DNA of 62,858 bases, counting the filler, from Octopus bimaculoides (lineage: Eukaryota): assembly GCF_001194135.2 (NCBI RefSeq). It is 7 parts of 6 records of this genome, joined end to end, with 100 filler letters (N's around TTAATTAATTAA, not from the genome) between each part and the next. Parts side by side here need not be neighbours in the genome. Positions count along the whole stretch, not along the records: positions 8,134 to 19,498 come from NC_068983.1; positions 19,599 to 37,254 come from NC_068989.1; 5 more parts are not named here. The stretch is one strand, 5' to 3'. Position numbers and translations under genes: made by a program. Below, one piece after another: positions 13,339 through 25,223 of this stretch (positions are counted from its first letter, which is position 1; each line of letters starts with the position of its first letter). The notes beneath the pieces are model-generated. The model saw nothing but the letters and a program-made list of their open reading frames with translations, was not told the DNA's origin and did not search any database.

Positions 13339-13372
13339 TTTGATGTTTCAAGCATAGCTCTTCGTCAGAAAG
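13339..13372 (-). ncRNA. Minimal type I hammerhead-ribozyme-like motif in a short Penelope-type repeat (13270-13410)
   Basis: Minus strand TTT-CTGACGA-A-GAGC-TAT-GCTT-GAAA-CA-TC-AAA: canonical core and stem II, but only a 3-bp stem I. Confidence 0.5.
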
Positions 13373-13529
13373 GGGAAAGGTCCAAAGAATGAAAAGAAAT
13401 CACCAACAGCACATGTACGTATATATATATATTATATGTATCTGTATTAGCATTCTCTAACCTCACCTGGCACACAACCACTTCCCTCATTTCCATTCTC
13501 AACTAAAAGGTCTTTCTCTTGCAACTTAA

Positions 13530-13725
13530 TGATCCTGTTGGTGCTGGTGCCACATAAAAAGCACCCATTACACACTGTAAAGTAGTTGGCATTAGGAAGG
13601 GCATCCGACCATAGAAACCATGCCAAAACAAACAATTAGAGCCTGGTGCAGTTCTCTGGCTTGCTAGCTTCTGTCCAACCATTCAACTCGTACCAGTGTG
13701 AAAAATGCATGTTAAATGATGACGA
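13530..13725 (+). mobile_element. RTE-type retroposon 3' tail, local family F
   Basis: GGCATTAGGAAGGGCATCCGACCATAGAAACC...GTTAAATGATGACGAT; related copies at 16640, 18989, 29090, 30860. Confidence 0.65.
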
Positions 13726-13859
13726 TACGTGACCATCATCCATTTTTCTTTTTCTCGTGTGACCATCTTTCTTTTCCTAAGCAATGTTCTAAGGACTGGA
13801 CGTCTTCTGTCCCTCTCTTCTATCTTATTTCTTTTTAAAGAAAATATTTCCCCTCGTTC

Positions 13860-14151
13860 TAGTCAAACGACCCTCTAGTCGGTTTCCTGTCCTGTTTTTG
13901 TTCTTATCTTTGACCCTCCATAAAATCCAAAATATATTTTGGAAGTTATGGGAGCAACTGTCTTCGAAGACTCATATTGTCATTGAATACTCAAAATGAG
14001 GAGTCGATAGACAGTCGACAACTGATGAAGGGTCGTTCTTTGTGTTACTTGTCCTGTTTTCAATTTTTTTTTCTCATTGTTTGCGTATTTAACTCGCTTG
14101 TTTTCGTACTTCATGTTATGTACAGTTGGTGACATCCTGTACCCGCATATG

Positions 14152-14155
<4 letters not shown>
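13860..14155 (+). mobile_element. Dispersed repeat, local family H (class unknown)
   Basis: Homologous to the reverse complement of 61600-61915. Confidence 0.8.
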
Positions 14156-14188
<33 letters not shown>

Positions 14189-14917
14189 CATCATCATCAA
14201 CATCATCATCGTTTAAACGTCCGCTTTCCATGCTAGCATGGGTTGGACGANNNNNNNNNNNNNNNNNNNNNNNNNNNNNNNNNNNNNNNNNNNNNNNNNN
14301 NNNNNNNNNNNNNNNNNNNNNNNNNNNNNNNNNNNNNNNNNNNNNNNNNNATATATTTATATATATTACACACACACACACATATATACATATGAGAGAG
14401 CCAGTTAATAGAACAACACGACAGATAAGCAAAACAACAGGTATCCAATCTGATTATGACATATCAAGAAAAAAAAAACCAAAAGCATAAATGAATATAA
14501 CTCCCAGGATATCAGTAAAAGTCTCATAATAGGAAGTTATTAATAGCTATGATGGAACAGGTAGACTCTATAAAGAAGCAGAGGATAAGCCCATAGTATT
14601 GATATGATATAATTTTGTTGGCAGATGAAAGTTATAATTGAAGGAAAAGGTGTCAGAATGTCCCTTACAGTTGATTCCAGAATTGTTATGTAATTGGTGC
14701 AGTTCTCTGCATGTTGCCTGCAGCCAACATTTCTGTGGTAACCTATTCCATCCTTCTGTTCCATTGCACATATACCAACTTAATCAATACATTACCTGCA
14801 ACCAATCTCTATTTAGTTGGAGTTTCAGCACAAATTTCACTCGAGCACTCATTGTATGCACTTGTTATCTTACATCATTTGTCATCATATTACCTACATA
14901 GGAATATCTATATAGTG

Positions 14918-15255
14918 AAGGCGCATGGCACAGTGGTTAGTGTGTTGAGCTTGCGATTGTGAGGTTGTGAGTTCAATTCCTAGACTGGGCTGCATGTGTG
15001 TTCTTGGGCAAGACACTTTATTTCATGTTGCTCCAGTTCACTTGACTGTAGAAATGAGTTGCAACGTCAATGGTGCCAAGCTGTATCAGTCTTTGCCTTT
15101 TCCTAGGATAACATCGGTGGCATGGAGAGGGAAGGCTGGTATGCTGGTCTTCCATAAAACCAACCCTAGGTTGTGCATTGGCTGGTGAGGCAACTTTTCA
15201 CCCAGACTTGTATCCCGGAGGGGAACATCTTAGGTGCACTCATTTGTGACCGACA
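14918..15255 (+). mobile_element. tRNA-derived SINE, local family C (resembles octopus OK-type SINE from memory)
   Basis: A box TGGCACAGTGG, B box GAGTTCAATTCC, then GGGCAAGACACTTTATTTCA; inverse copy at 28303-28656. Confidence 0.85.
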
Positions 15256-15572
15256 GAATCATATTCCTATTATGTCTTTGTGTGTGTGGTCCCTGGTGAA
15301 TTTTGCAATAGAACTAGTTCAGTAAAAAATTTATTATTTGAATCAAATGCATAACTACTGTTGAACAGATGAATGCATGATCAAAAACCTCAATAAATGA
15401 AACACAAAATGCCTATCATCCAGCTGAAAACTAACACTAATAGTAACATACTACAAGCATGGAAACCTGAGAACAAACTACTAATGACCAATGTAATCTG
15501 CAGATTTGATTGTAAAGCTGAAAGATGTAAACATCACGACTCCAATTGTATATATACAAAAAAAAAAAAAAA

Positions 15573-16408
15573 AAGGGCATCGGAGGGGCAATGCATACCC
15601 TGCATGCTGATAAATTTTTTCACAGATTATTTTCATGTAAATGTTAAAATACAAGTTGGCAAAGAAATTTGAATCTTATTTTAGGGGGTTTGGAATTAAA
15701 ATTAAGAGAAAAATAGCACAGAATGAAGATTCTTCAATTTTTCACTGATGAATCATGCGTGTTAAAAAATGAAAAATAAAACTTTTATTTCAATAGTTTT
15801 ACAGTGAAATGCTAAAATACGAGTTGACCAAGAAAATTAAAGGTTGTTTTGGAAAGTTCAACAGACAATTTGCATATGAATAAAATTTGCATATGAATAA
15901 AATTTGCATATGACTAAATAAATGATTATTCAAATAATAATCATGGTTATGAAAAGAAAAAGTGAACAAAATGAAATACTTAGAGAAAATTTTTCAATGT
16001 CTTTCAATAATGGCAGGTGAATCAAGCATACTGTAGTTCATTGTAGGATATAAATAATATGACCTTGCTTATCGAGAAATTTGTATGTTTGATCTAAAAG
16101 AACTTTTTTTTAAAGTATTGCCATTATAGGTATATATACTCTGGTGAAATTAAGAAATCAGCTTATAAATAAACGAAACCCTCAAATCCATCACTGTACA
16201 CACACACACAGTTGCATATCTACATATGTATTTATGTATGTTTGAAGATAATCAAACCAAATTTTCATCATTTTGAGCCACTTACCCAATGAATATTTCT
16301 GCCAAATTTGGTGAAAATCTGTTTAGCTGTTTTCCAGTAATTTTGCAAACACACAGACGAAGATGAGTGATTACAATACCCTGCTTTTGCTTACATGCAC
16401 AGGGTAAA
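15573..16408 (+). mobile_element. Helentron-associated (HINE-like) non-autonomous element
   Basis: ATACCCTGC at both ends (15595-15603, 16376-16384), 3' hairpin TACCCTG/CAGGGTA (16377-16406), internal tandem repeats, A-rich flanks. Confidence 0.5.
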
Positions 16409-16639
16409 AATCAAGTCTGGTGGGGTATATTAAGAAATGTTATTGATACAGTATATTATACATTTATACATAATATACTATATAGTGATACAGTATATTA
16501 TTGAAACCATCTTTTCATGTGTTTCAGTGACCATTGTAAGGCAGATTATGTATTATGTATGCATTTCCTTATATAGTCGTCAATATTCACATCAGAAGTT
16601 ATGTGAAACACAATCCAAATAATAATTTCATAATATATT

Positions 16640-16790
16640 ATAGTTGGTATTAGGAAGAGCATGCAACCACAGAAACCATGCCAAAGCAGATATTTGAGCT
16701 CAACGCAGTCCCCTGGTTTGTTAGATCCTGTCAGGCCATTTAATCCATACCAATATAGAAAACAAACATTAAATGACGATAATGATTATC
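16640..16790 (+). mobile_element. RTE-type 3' tail, family F
   Basis: TAGGAAGAGCATGCAACCACAGAAACCATGCC...ATTAAATGACGAT. Confidence 0.65.
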
Positions 16791-17035
16791 CACACTTCAG
16801 TTTTGGTACACTTTGATCCAAGAAAAACTATAACAAGAAGCTATGCCAAAACAGTTTGAATTATCTTCACAGGTTCCTCCATAATGTTATAAAGGAATGC
16901 ATAGAGTTCTAAAATACCAGTTATGTTTTAAGCACCTTGCACACACATTTCACTGACGTAATGTGCGTGTGTGTGTGTATTCAGAGAGAGAGAGTTTTGA
17001 TAATACAAACAGGAAAAATAGTACTCAAAATATGA

Positions 17036-17123
<88 letters not shown>

Positions 17124-18059
17124 GTTTGTATGTATGTATGTATGTATGTAATAATATTATTCCCAGTTGCATGGCAATTTTAATGTCACACACACAACAT
17201 AGACCAAAAAATTTCTTAAGAAAAATATGTATTTAAATAAATTTTAATGTCATGAATAGCGAAAGCGAAACTGGTCGACAAATACAATACAAGATATTAA
17301 AAATTATATTAAAACTATGTAATGTGTGTGCATTTTCCTCCTTTAATTTCTTATATATATTCACTCTGTAGAAACTCAGCCCTTTCGTCATTTTGTAACT
17401 TATGCCTGTTACACACACATACACACTTGCATGCATTGATATATATTTGTGTACACACACACACACATATATATATATTTATTTATGGATCTGGATATTA
17501 GTCATTTTATGGACATTCTCCTAAACAAGGCAAATTTGATATTTGATTATATTACATATTTATTTTAAAACTAAATCTATGAATCATTTTCTCTGAATGA
17601 TATTATTGCATGATAATGTCTGTGACAAGCAAACCAAACCTATAGCGATTCCGGATATATAAAATTTTTTGACTAGATGCATATTTAGTAGCCACCTACA
17701 TGTTCTGCTTCACTGAGTTTTCTCTTTTGCTCATGTTATTTTCTCTCAATGCTTACTCGACTTCTGTAAAAATCCCAATTTATGTAATTACATTACTGAA
17801 TTAAATTGCTGATTAATTTACTAAGTGTTACTAATTTGGCTTCATTTTTGTTCTTCTTACATGGATACTTTTGGATCTGTGTCATAACTTTACAATAGCT
17901 TCCTTTTTCTTTAATTTTAGTCTATTTTTTCCTTCTGTCTGCAGACATAATTCTAGAGTGTTACAGTCTGGGCATTAAACAAGTGTTTTGTTAACTGCTT
18001 ATGTTAATAACAAGAATAATGATATAGACAGTGACAGTTATAATAATAATAGTTATAAA

Positions 18060-18805
18060 TTTTGGCACAAAGCCAGAAATTTTAGGGGAAGGGTCTGGTT
18101 TTTATTACATCAACACCAGTATTCAGTTTGTACTTGTTTCGTTGACCCTCAAAAGGACGAAAAGTAAAACTGACCTTGGTGGAATTTGAACTAAGACATA
18201 GAGCTGTGAAGCATTTTGTCTGATGTGCTAAGGATTCTGTCAGCTTTCTGCCTTAATAATAATAATCCTTTCTACTAGAAGCACAAGGCCAGAAACCTGG
18301 GGGAGGAGACTAGTTGATCACATCGACCTCACTATTTGACCGGTACTTAATTTATCGACCCCAAAAGGATGAAAGGCAAAGTTGATCTCGGCAGAATTTG
18401 AACTCAGAATGTGAAGACAGATGAAGTACCACTAAGCATTTTGCCTGGCATGCTAACGATTCTGCCAGCTCACCGCCTTAATATAATAATCCTTTCTACT
18501 ATAGGCACAAAACCTGAAATTTGGTGTGAGGGAGGCCAGTCAATTACATCGACCCCAATAACCAACTGGCAATAACCAACTGGCAATAACCAACTGGCAA
18601 AAATAATAATAAAATAATCGTTTCTACTATAAGCACAAGGCCTGAAATTTTTAGGGAGGGTGCTAGTTGATTACATTGACCCTAGTGCTTAATTGGTACT
18701 TATTTTATGAACCCTGCAAAAGGATGAAAAGCAAAGTCAACTTTTGCCAGAAGAAATACAACTAAGCATTTTGTCCAACACGCTAACAATTCTGTCAACT
18801 CACTC
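18060..18805 (-). mobile_element. Tandem cluster of four family E SINE copies
   Basis: Repeated CCTTTCTACTA...GCACAAGGCC...ATCGACCCC...GGATGAAAGGCAAAG...GAATTTGAACTCAGAA units separated by (AAT)n; 14-mer CAATAACCAACTGG x3 at 18556-18597. Confidence 0.85.
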
Positions 18806-19133
18806 TCTTGATGGTTCTAATTACAATATATTGATAATTGGTGTAGGCATTTGGCCTCGTGGTTTGGGCCATTCAACTCCTCGTTGTAAGGCTGTGGGGT
18901 GTCTAACATGATAGTCTTGACATATTTTATTTATAGGATTTTCTTACATTTTATATATGTGTGTGAGTATCTTCACATGAGTGTGTGTGGATTAAACAGC
19001 CTGACAGGATCTAACAAACCAGAGGACTGCATTGAGCTCAAATATCTGCTTTGGCATAGTTTCTGTGGTTGAATGTTCTTCCTAATGCCAACTATAATAT
19101 ATTATGAAATTATTATTTGGATTGTGTTTCACA

Positions 19134-19498
19134 AAGCCCCCGGCCCATCAGGAATCACTGCAGAGATGCTCAAAATATCTGGCAGTGTTGGCTATAGCCT
19201 AGTCACCCGTATTACGAACCAGGTGATACACGAAGGAGTCATACCCTATGACTGGTGTAGCAGCATCATAGTCAACTGCTACAAAGGTAAAGGGGACGCT
19301 TTAGATACAAATAATTACAGAGGCATCAAGCTGTTAGATCAGGTTATGAAAGTTACAGAGAGGGTCATAGCCCAACTAATTAGGGAGCGAATCAATTTAG
19401 ATGAGATGCAGTTTGAGTTCGTGCCAGGTAAAAGCACTACTGATGCCTTATTTCTAGTGAGACAGTTGCAAGAGAAATACCTAGCTAAGGATAAACCT
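19134..19498 (+). mobile_element. RTE-clade LINE reverse transcriptase fragment, 5' truncated, running into a gap
   Basis: KAPGPSGITAEMLK...IPYDWCSSIIVNCYKGKGDALDTNNYRGIKLL...QFEFVPGKSTTDALFLVRQLQEK, typical N-terminal RT blocks of RTE LINEs. Confidence 0.92.
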
Positions 19499-19683
19499 NN
19501 NNNNNNNNNNNNNNNNNNNNNNNNNNNNNNNNNNNNNNNNNNTTAATTAATTAANNNNNNNNNNNNNNNNNNNNNNNNNNNNNNNNNNNNNNNNNNNNTA
19601 TATATATATATATACGTATATATATACGTATATATATACGTATATATATGTGTGTGTGTGCAGAGTGAGAGAGAGAGAGATAG

Positions 19684-19714
<31 letters not shown>

Positions 19715-19785
19715 GAGATACATATGTGTATGTATGTGTGTATAAATATATGTATATGCAGAGATGTATATTTCTCTTTCTCCCC

Positions 19786-19852
<67 letters not shown>

Positions 19853-20328
19853 CATACGTATGAATGTGTGTGATGTATCTGCGTACCTGAGCTTGTAAAC
19901 ACTAATCATACATAGGTAGTAAGTTATTAATACTATGAAATCAATTTGCTCACAATTGTGTTTCAAGCTGAACTATAAATGCAGTTCTTCTCAGGGCAAG
20001 TATGCAAAATTATATCATAAAAGTGAAAATATGTATTATAATCATAACAACTTTATTACATTTTCAGCAAATATTACTCATCACTTTACGTCTTGAAATT
20101 CTCATGAGAAACACGTAACCACATAAGAAAATTATTAGTTTAACAACAGGTATATGCTCAGTCAGTACCACCCAAGTAACACTCACAATCACACACACAC
20201 ACACACACACACGTACATACAAATACACACGTACATAGGTGCATGCATACATACATACATACAAACTTGTATACAAATGTATATCCATATATATGCATAT
20301 ATGCACACAGACACACACATACACACAG

Positions 20329-20359
<31 letters not shown>

Positions 20360-20400
20360 CATGTGTGTACATACATATGCATATAAATATTTACTCACAC

Positions 20401-20443
<43 letters not shown>

Positions 20444-20489
20444 TATACATACATATAGAGATATATATATATATANNNNNNNNNNACAT

Positions 20490-20494
20490 AGATG

Positions 20495-20570
<76 letters not shown>
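20490..20570. repeat. (GATA)n microsatellite
   Basis: Visible. Confidence 0.95.
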
Positions 20571-20572
<2 letters not shown>

Positions 20573-21442
20573 TTAATATACCCAGGTTAAAAAAGAGCTA
20601 CTAATAATTTCATGCTGTAGAGATGCTGGGCCATTTATCAAACTCAATTTGAGAGGATCAAAACTGTAGGTCCTTGCGCTTCTCGTCTTTATTGTATTTC
20701 TCCACAGTATTAAATACACATACGAGCACACACACATTTAGAGGGTTGTTTGTTATGGCCGGTCAGAGTGACCATTATTTTCGCATCTATAAAGCGCTTA
20801 AATATATAGTGGACTTGCCAGACTCAAATAGCTGGAGGCACATAACCATGTTATATATATATATAAATATAGGATGAGAACCCAATAAGGTTCGAAAATC
20901 GATTATGGTAGTTCATCATTTTTTCAGTCTGCGGAGAAATGGTTAAAATTTGCCCTGTTTATCATTATAACATATGTTACACACACATATATATATATAC
21001 GCAAACACACCACCTGACAGGATACAAAACAGACTCATAGACATATGATAAATGGATAGATATATATAGATTTATGTTCATACATTTATTAGTATATAAT
21101 AGTTATCAAAATATAGGCAAATTGTATGAACCAGTAACAGCAACATATAAATAAAATCTAGATTTTAAATATTTGTTATTGGCAACTCCGACATTGTTCG
21201 AACCGAAGGTCGTTAACCCTCTTGAATTTTATGAGGTTACGTTTATTTTCTTTCATATCTTGCAATAAATATAATCGATTAAAATAACCATGGTCAAAAT
21301 ATATCTGCATTGCACGGAATGAGCTATGAATATCTTTGATAGGGCAAGAAGAAATTTGTGATAATACACTTGTCTCGTAAATTTTTATCAGATTTTGTCC
21401 TTGACAGTTCGGTCCTATCTTACATTCCTGAGTCTTTTGTCA

Positions 21443-21866
21443 TAGGCGCAGGCGAGGCTGTGTGGTACGAATTTTGCTTCTCAACCACGTGATTCCCGGT
21501 TCAGTCCCATAGAGTGGCACTTTGGACAAGTGTCTTCTATCATAGCCCCGGACCGATTAAATGGTAGACGGTAACTGAAAGAAATCACTCGTATATATGT
21601 GTGCATGCGTGCATGTTTGTGTGTTTGTGTGTGTGTATGTGTGTGAGCGTGTACATGTGTGTGTATGTGTACGCTTGTCCCACACCACCACTTGACAACC
21701 GTTGTTAAGTTATTTACCTCTCCATGACTTAGTGGTTCGGCAAATAAAACCCGATTGAATGAGTCCCAGGCTTCTAGGCTTAAAAAAAAAAGATAAATAC
21801 TGGGATCTATTTCTACTAAACCTTTCGAAGCCTCAGACCAGTGACTGAATCAAACAAAAGATAAAA
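21443..21866 (+). mobile_element. tRNA-derived SINE with internal (TG)n, local family D
   Basis: GGCTGTGTGGTA...GGTTCAGTCCCA...GGACAAGTGTCTTCTA head shared with 23960, 27145 and 31308. Confidence 0.75.
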
Positions 21867-22030
21867 GTTTTACCTAGAAAAAAAAAATTGTATTTTATTG
21901 AATTTCATCATGAGCACATTTTTAGTTATATTCTTATATTTTCATTATGGAATTAAATACTTAGGTCTTCAGTAAAAATAATATTTTAATACCAATTTGT
22001 TTTATAATGGGGCGAGCTAGCGCAATTGTT

Positions 22031-22574
22031 GGATCTATTTTAAAAACGGGGGCCACATTTTTCATTAATGTTTTACGTAGTGTTTTTGGTACGGAAAGAC
22101 TTTCAAACTTCGTATACTTATCTATTTTGTGTTATAGAACAGAAAAATATTTTTGTATTCGAATTTATTTCATGTAAAAAATTGTCTTATTTCGATAATT
22201 TCAACCAATCACTGACAAGTATTCAGTTGTTTATATTTACTCCTTTGGCTGATTAAGCGATGTAAAGCGTATTTAATCTCCATACCTTCGTTTTATTTGC
22301 TTTTTTCATTTTAAATTTGCTTTAACCCTAACCCTAACCCTAACCCTNNNNNNNNNNNNNNNNNNNNNNNNNNNNNNNNNNNNNNNNNNNNNNNNNNNNN
22401 NNNNNNNNNNNNNNNNNNNNNNNNNNNNNNNNNNNNNATGGAATAACTTATGGATTTCTTTTTTTTTTAAGAAGACTAAGAGAAAAAGATGTTTTATATG
22501 ACACATTCTACCAGTGTTCCAAATTTCAAAGTGTTTCGTTAATGAAAAATGTGGCCCCGTTTTAAAAAAGATCC
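22031..22574. mobile_element. MITE with about 37-bp TIRs and an 8-bp TSD, inserted into a family E SINE
   Basis: Left TIR GGATCTATTTTAAAAACGGGGGCCACATTTTTCATTAA (22031-22068); inverse at 22539-22574; TSD CAATTGTT at 22023-22030 and 22575-22582. Confidence 0.9.
22323..22347 (-). repeat. Interstitial telomere-type (TTAGGG)n repeat, truncated by an N gap
   Basis: TAACCC x4 directly abutting gap 22348-22437. Confidence 0.85.
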
Positions 22575-22850
22575 CAATTGTTAGTACGCCAGGTTAAATG
22601 CTTAGCAGTATTGCCACCGCCTCTATGTTCTGAGTTTATATTCCGCCGAGGTCGACTTTGCCTTTCGTCTTTCACAGGTCGATAAAATAAGTACGAGTTG
22701 AGCACAGAGTTTGATGTAAATCTCAGTGTTCGACTGGTACTTATTTTATCGACTCCGAAAGGATAAAAGGCAAAGTCGACTTCGGTGGAATTTGAACTCA
22801 AAACATAAAAACGGACGCTATGCCGCTCGGAATTTCTAACAGCTCGCCAC
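22575..22850. mobile_element. Two family E SINEs joined tail-to-tail
   Basis: Plus copy to 22709, 12-nt spacer, minus copy from 22722. Confidence 0.85.
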
Positions 22851-22906
22851 CTTGCTCATGCGCATATATTGATAACATTTATAGGTAATGGGTAGTATAT
22901 CGCTGG

Positions 22907-23349
22907 TGTGGAGGCGCAATGGCCCAGTGGTTAGGGCAGCGGACTCGCGGTCATAGGATCGCGGTTTCGATTCCCAGACTGGGCGTTGTGAGTGTTTATT
23001 GAGCGAAAACACCTAAAGCTCCACGAGGCTCCGGCAGGGGATGGTGGCGAACCCCGCNNNNNNNNNNAGCGAAAACACCTAAAGCTCCACGAGGCTCCGG
23101 CAGGGGATGGTGGCGAACCCCGCTGTACTCTTTCACCACAGCTTTCTCTCACTCTTACTTCCTGTTTCTGTTGTGCCTGTAATTCAAAGGGTCAGACTTG
23201 TCACACTGTGTCACGCTGAATCTTCCAGAGAACTATGTTAAGGTGTGGAATGCTCAGCCACTTGCACGTTAATTTCACGAGCAGGCTGTTCCGTTGATCG
23301 GATCAACTGGAACCCTCGACGTCGTAACCGACGGAGTGCCAACAACAAA
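22907..23349 (+). mobile_element. Full-length tRNA-derived SINE, local family A, with a 13-bp TSD
   Basis: A box TGGCCCAGTGG, B box GGTTTCGATTCC, (AAC)n tail, TSD AGTATATCGCTGG at 22894-22906 and 23350-23362; about 50 bp duplicated across the N gap. Confidence 0.92.
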
Positions 23350-23959
23350 AGTATATCGCTGGCAATGCATTGTATTATGACAATTGGTTTGGACTGTACG
23401 TCCAAATTGGATCAAAATTAACTGATCGAGTCAATTTCTTGCACAATATGTCATAGTATCTGTATTATATCAGTCCGTTGAAACGTTCGTGTCTATGTGT
23501 AAACGTTTGAAAGATCACACGAACGTACAATTACATGTATCCACTTGTGGTGGACACAGTCACAATTGGCCATTGTTTATTTATTGTGACCGGATCATAT
23601 GTATATAGTTTTTGCTAAGTGGTCGTCACAATATTTCAATGTGGTTGGTTGATATTTCAGAATAGAGTGTTCAGTGTGTCACTAAAGCTGGGATGGCCTG
23701 TAGATGTACGTATGCATGTGTGCGTAGGGTGGATCGTGATGGAGAATGCAGAGATGCTTCCGGGTTACTTTGAGAACAATCTACATTTCATTGGTGGTGC
23801 TAAATATGCAAGTTTTCACATTCCTGTACTGCAAGAAACTGTATGCATTTCATTTGTATCATGCAGAAGCGAACGCATTGAGCATAGTGTAATGTGCAAA
23901 ATATAATACAAATTATGAATGCAAAATGTAAGATATATGTAAAAAAAATGATGTGCAAT

Positions 23960-24125
23960 GGGCGTTGGAGTAGCTGTGTGGTAAGTAGCTTGCTTACGAA
24001 CCACATGGTTCCGGGTTCAGTCCCACTGCGTGGGACCTTGGACAAGTGTCTTCCACTATAGCCTCGGGCCGACCAATGCCTTGTGAGTGGATTTGGTAGA
24101 TGGAAATTGAAAGAAGCCTGTCGTA
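23960..24125 (+). mobile_element. Family D SINE 5' part, running into (TA)n and a gap
   Basis: GCTGTGTGGTAAGTAGCTTGC...GGTTCAGTCCCACTGCG. Confidence 0.8.
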
Positions 24126-24863
24126 TATATATATATATATATATATATANNNNNNNNNNNNNNNNNNNNNNNNNNNNNNNNNNNNNNNNNNNNNNNNNNN
24201 NNNNNNNNNNNNNNNNNNNNNNNNNNNNNNNNNNNNNNNNNNNNNNNNNNNNNNNNNNNNNNNNNNNNNNNNNNNNNNNNNNNNNNNNNNNNNNNNNNNN
24301 NNNNNNNNNNNNNNNNNNNNNNNNNNNNNNNNNNNNNNNNNNNNNNNNNNNNNNNNNNNNNNNNNNNNNNNNNNNNNNNNNNNNNNNNNNNNNNNNNNNN
24401 NNNNNNNNNNNNNNNNNNNNNNNNNNNNNNNNNNNNNNNNNNNNNNNNNNNNNNNNNNNNNNNNNNNNNNNNNNNNNNNNNNNNNNNNNNNNNNNNNNNN
24501 NNNNNNNNNNNNNNNNNNNNNNNNNNNNNNNNNNNNNNNNNNNNNNNNNNNNNNNNNNNNNNNNNNNNNNNNNNNNNNNNNNNNNNNNNNNNNNNNNNNN
24601 NNNNNNNNNNNNNNNNNNNNNNNNNNNNNNNNNNNNNNNNNNNNNNNNNNNNNNNNNNNNNNNNNNNNNNNNNNNNNNNNNNNNNNNNNNNNNNNNNNNN
24701 NNNNNNNNNNNNNNNNNNNNNNNNNNNNNNNNNNNNNNNNNNNNNNNNNNNNNNNNNNNNNNNNNNNNNNNNNNNNNNNNNNNNNNNNNNNNNNNNNNNN
24801 NNNNNNNNNNNNNNNNNNNNNNNNNNNNNNNNNNNNNNNNNNNNNNNNNNNNNNNNNNNNNNN

Positions 24864-25223
24864 CTTACGACGTCGAGGGTTCCAGTTGATCCGATCAACG
24901 GAACAGCCTGCTCGTGAAATTAACGTGCAAGTGGCTGAGCACTCCACAGACACGTGTGCCCTTAACGTAGTTCTCGGGGATATTCAGCGTGACACAGAGT
25001 GTGACAAGGCTGACCCTTTGAATTACAGGCACAACAGAAACCGGAAGTAAAAGTGAGAGAAAGTTGTGGTGAAAGAGTACAGCAAGGTTCGGCACCATCC
25101 CCTGCTGGAGCGTCGTGGAGCTTTTAGGTGTTTTCGCTCAATAAATACTCACAGCGACCGGTCTGGGAATCAAAACCGCGATCCTATGACCGCGAGTCCG
25201 CTGCCCTAACCACTGGGCCATTG
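24864..25223 (-). mobile_element. Family A SINE
   Basis: Reverse complement closely matches 22907-23349. Confidence 0.9.

Noticed and set aside
22907-22985. tRNA gene
   Set aside because: A and B boxes run straight into a SINE body with a TSD; no acceptor stem or terminator. The same holds for the other SINE heads
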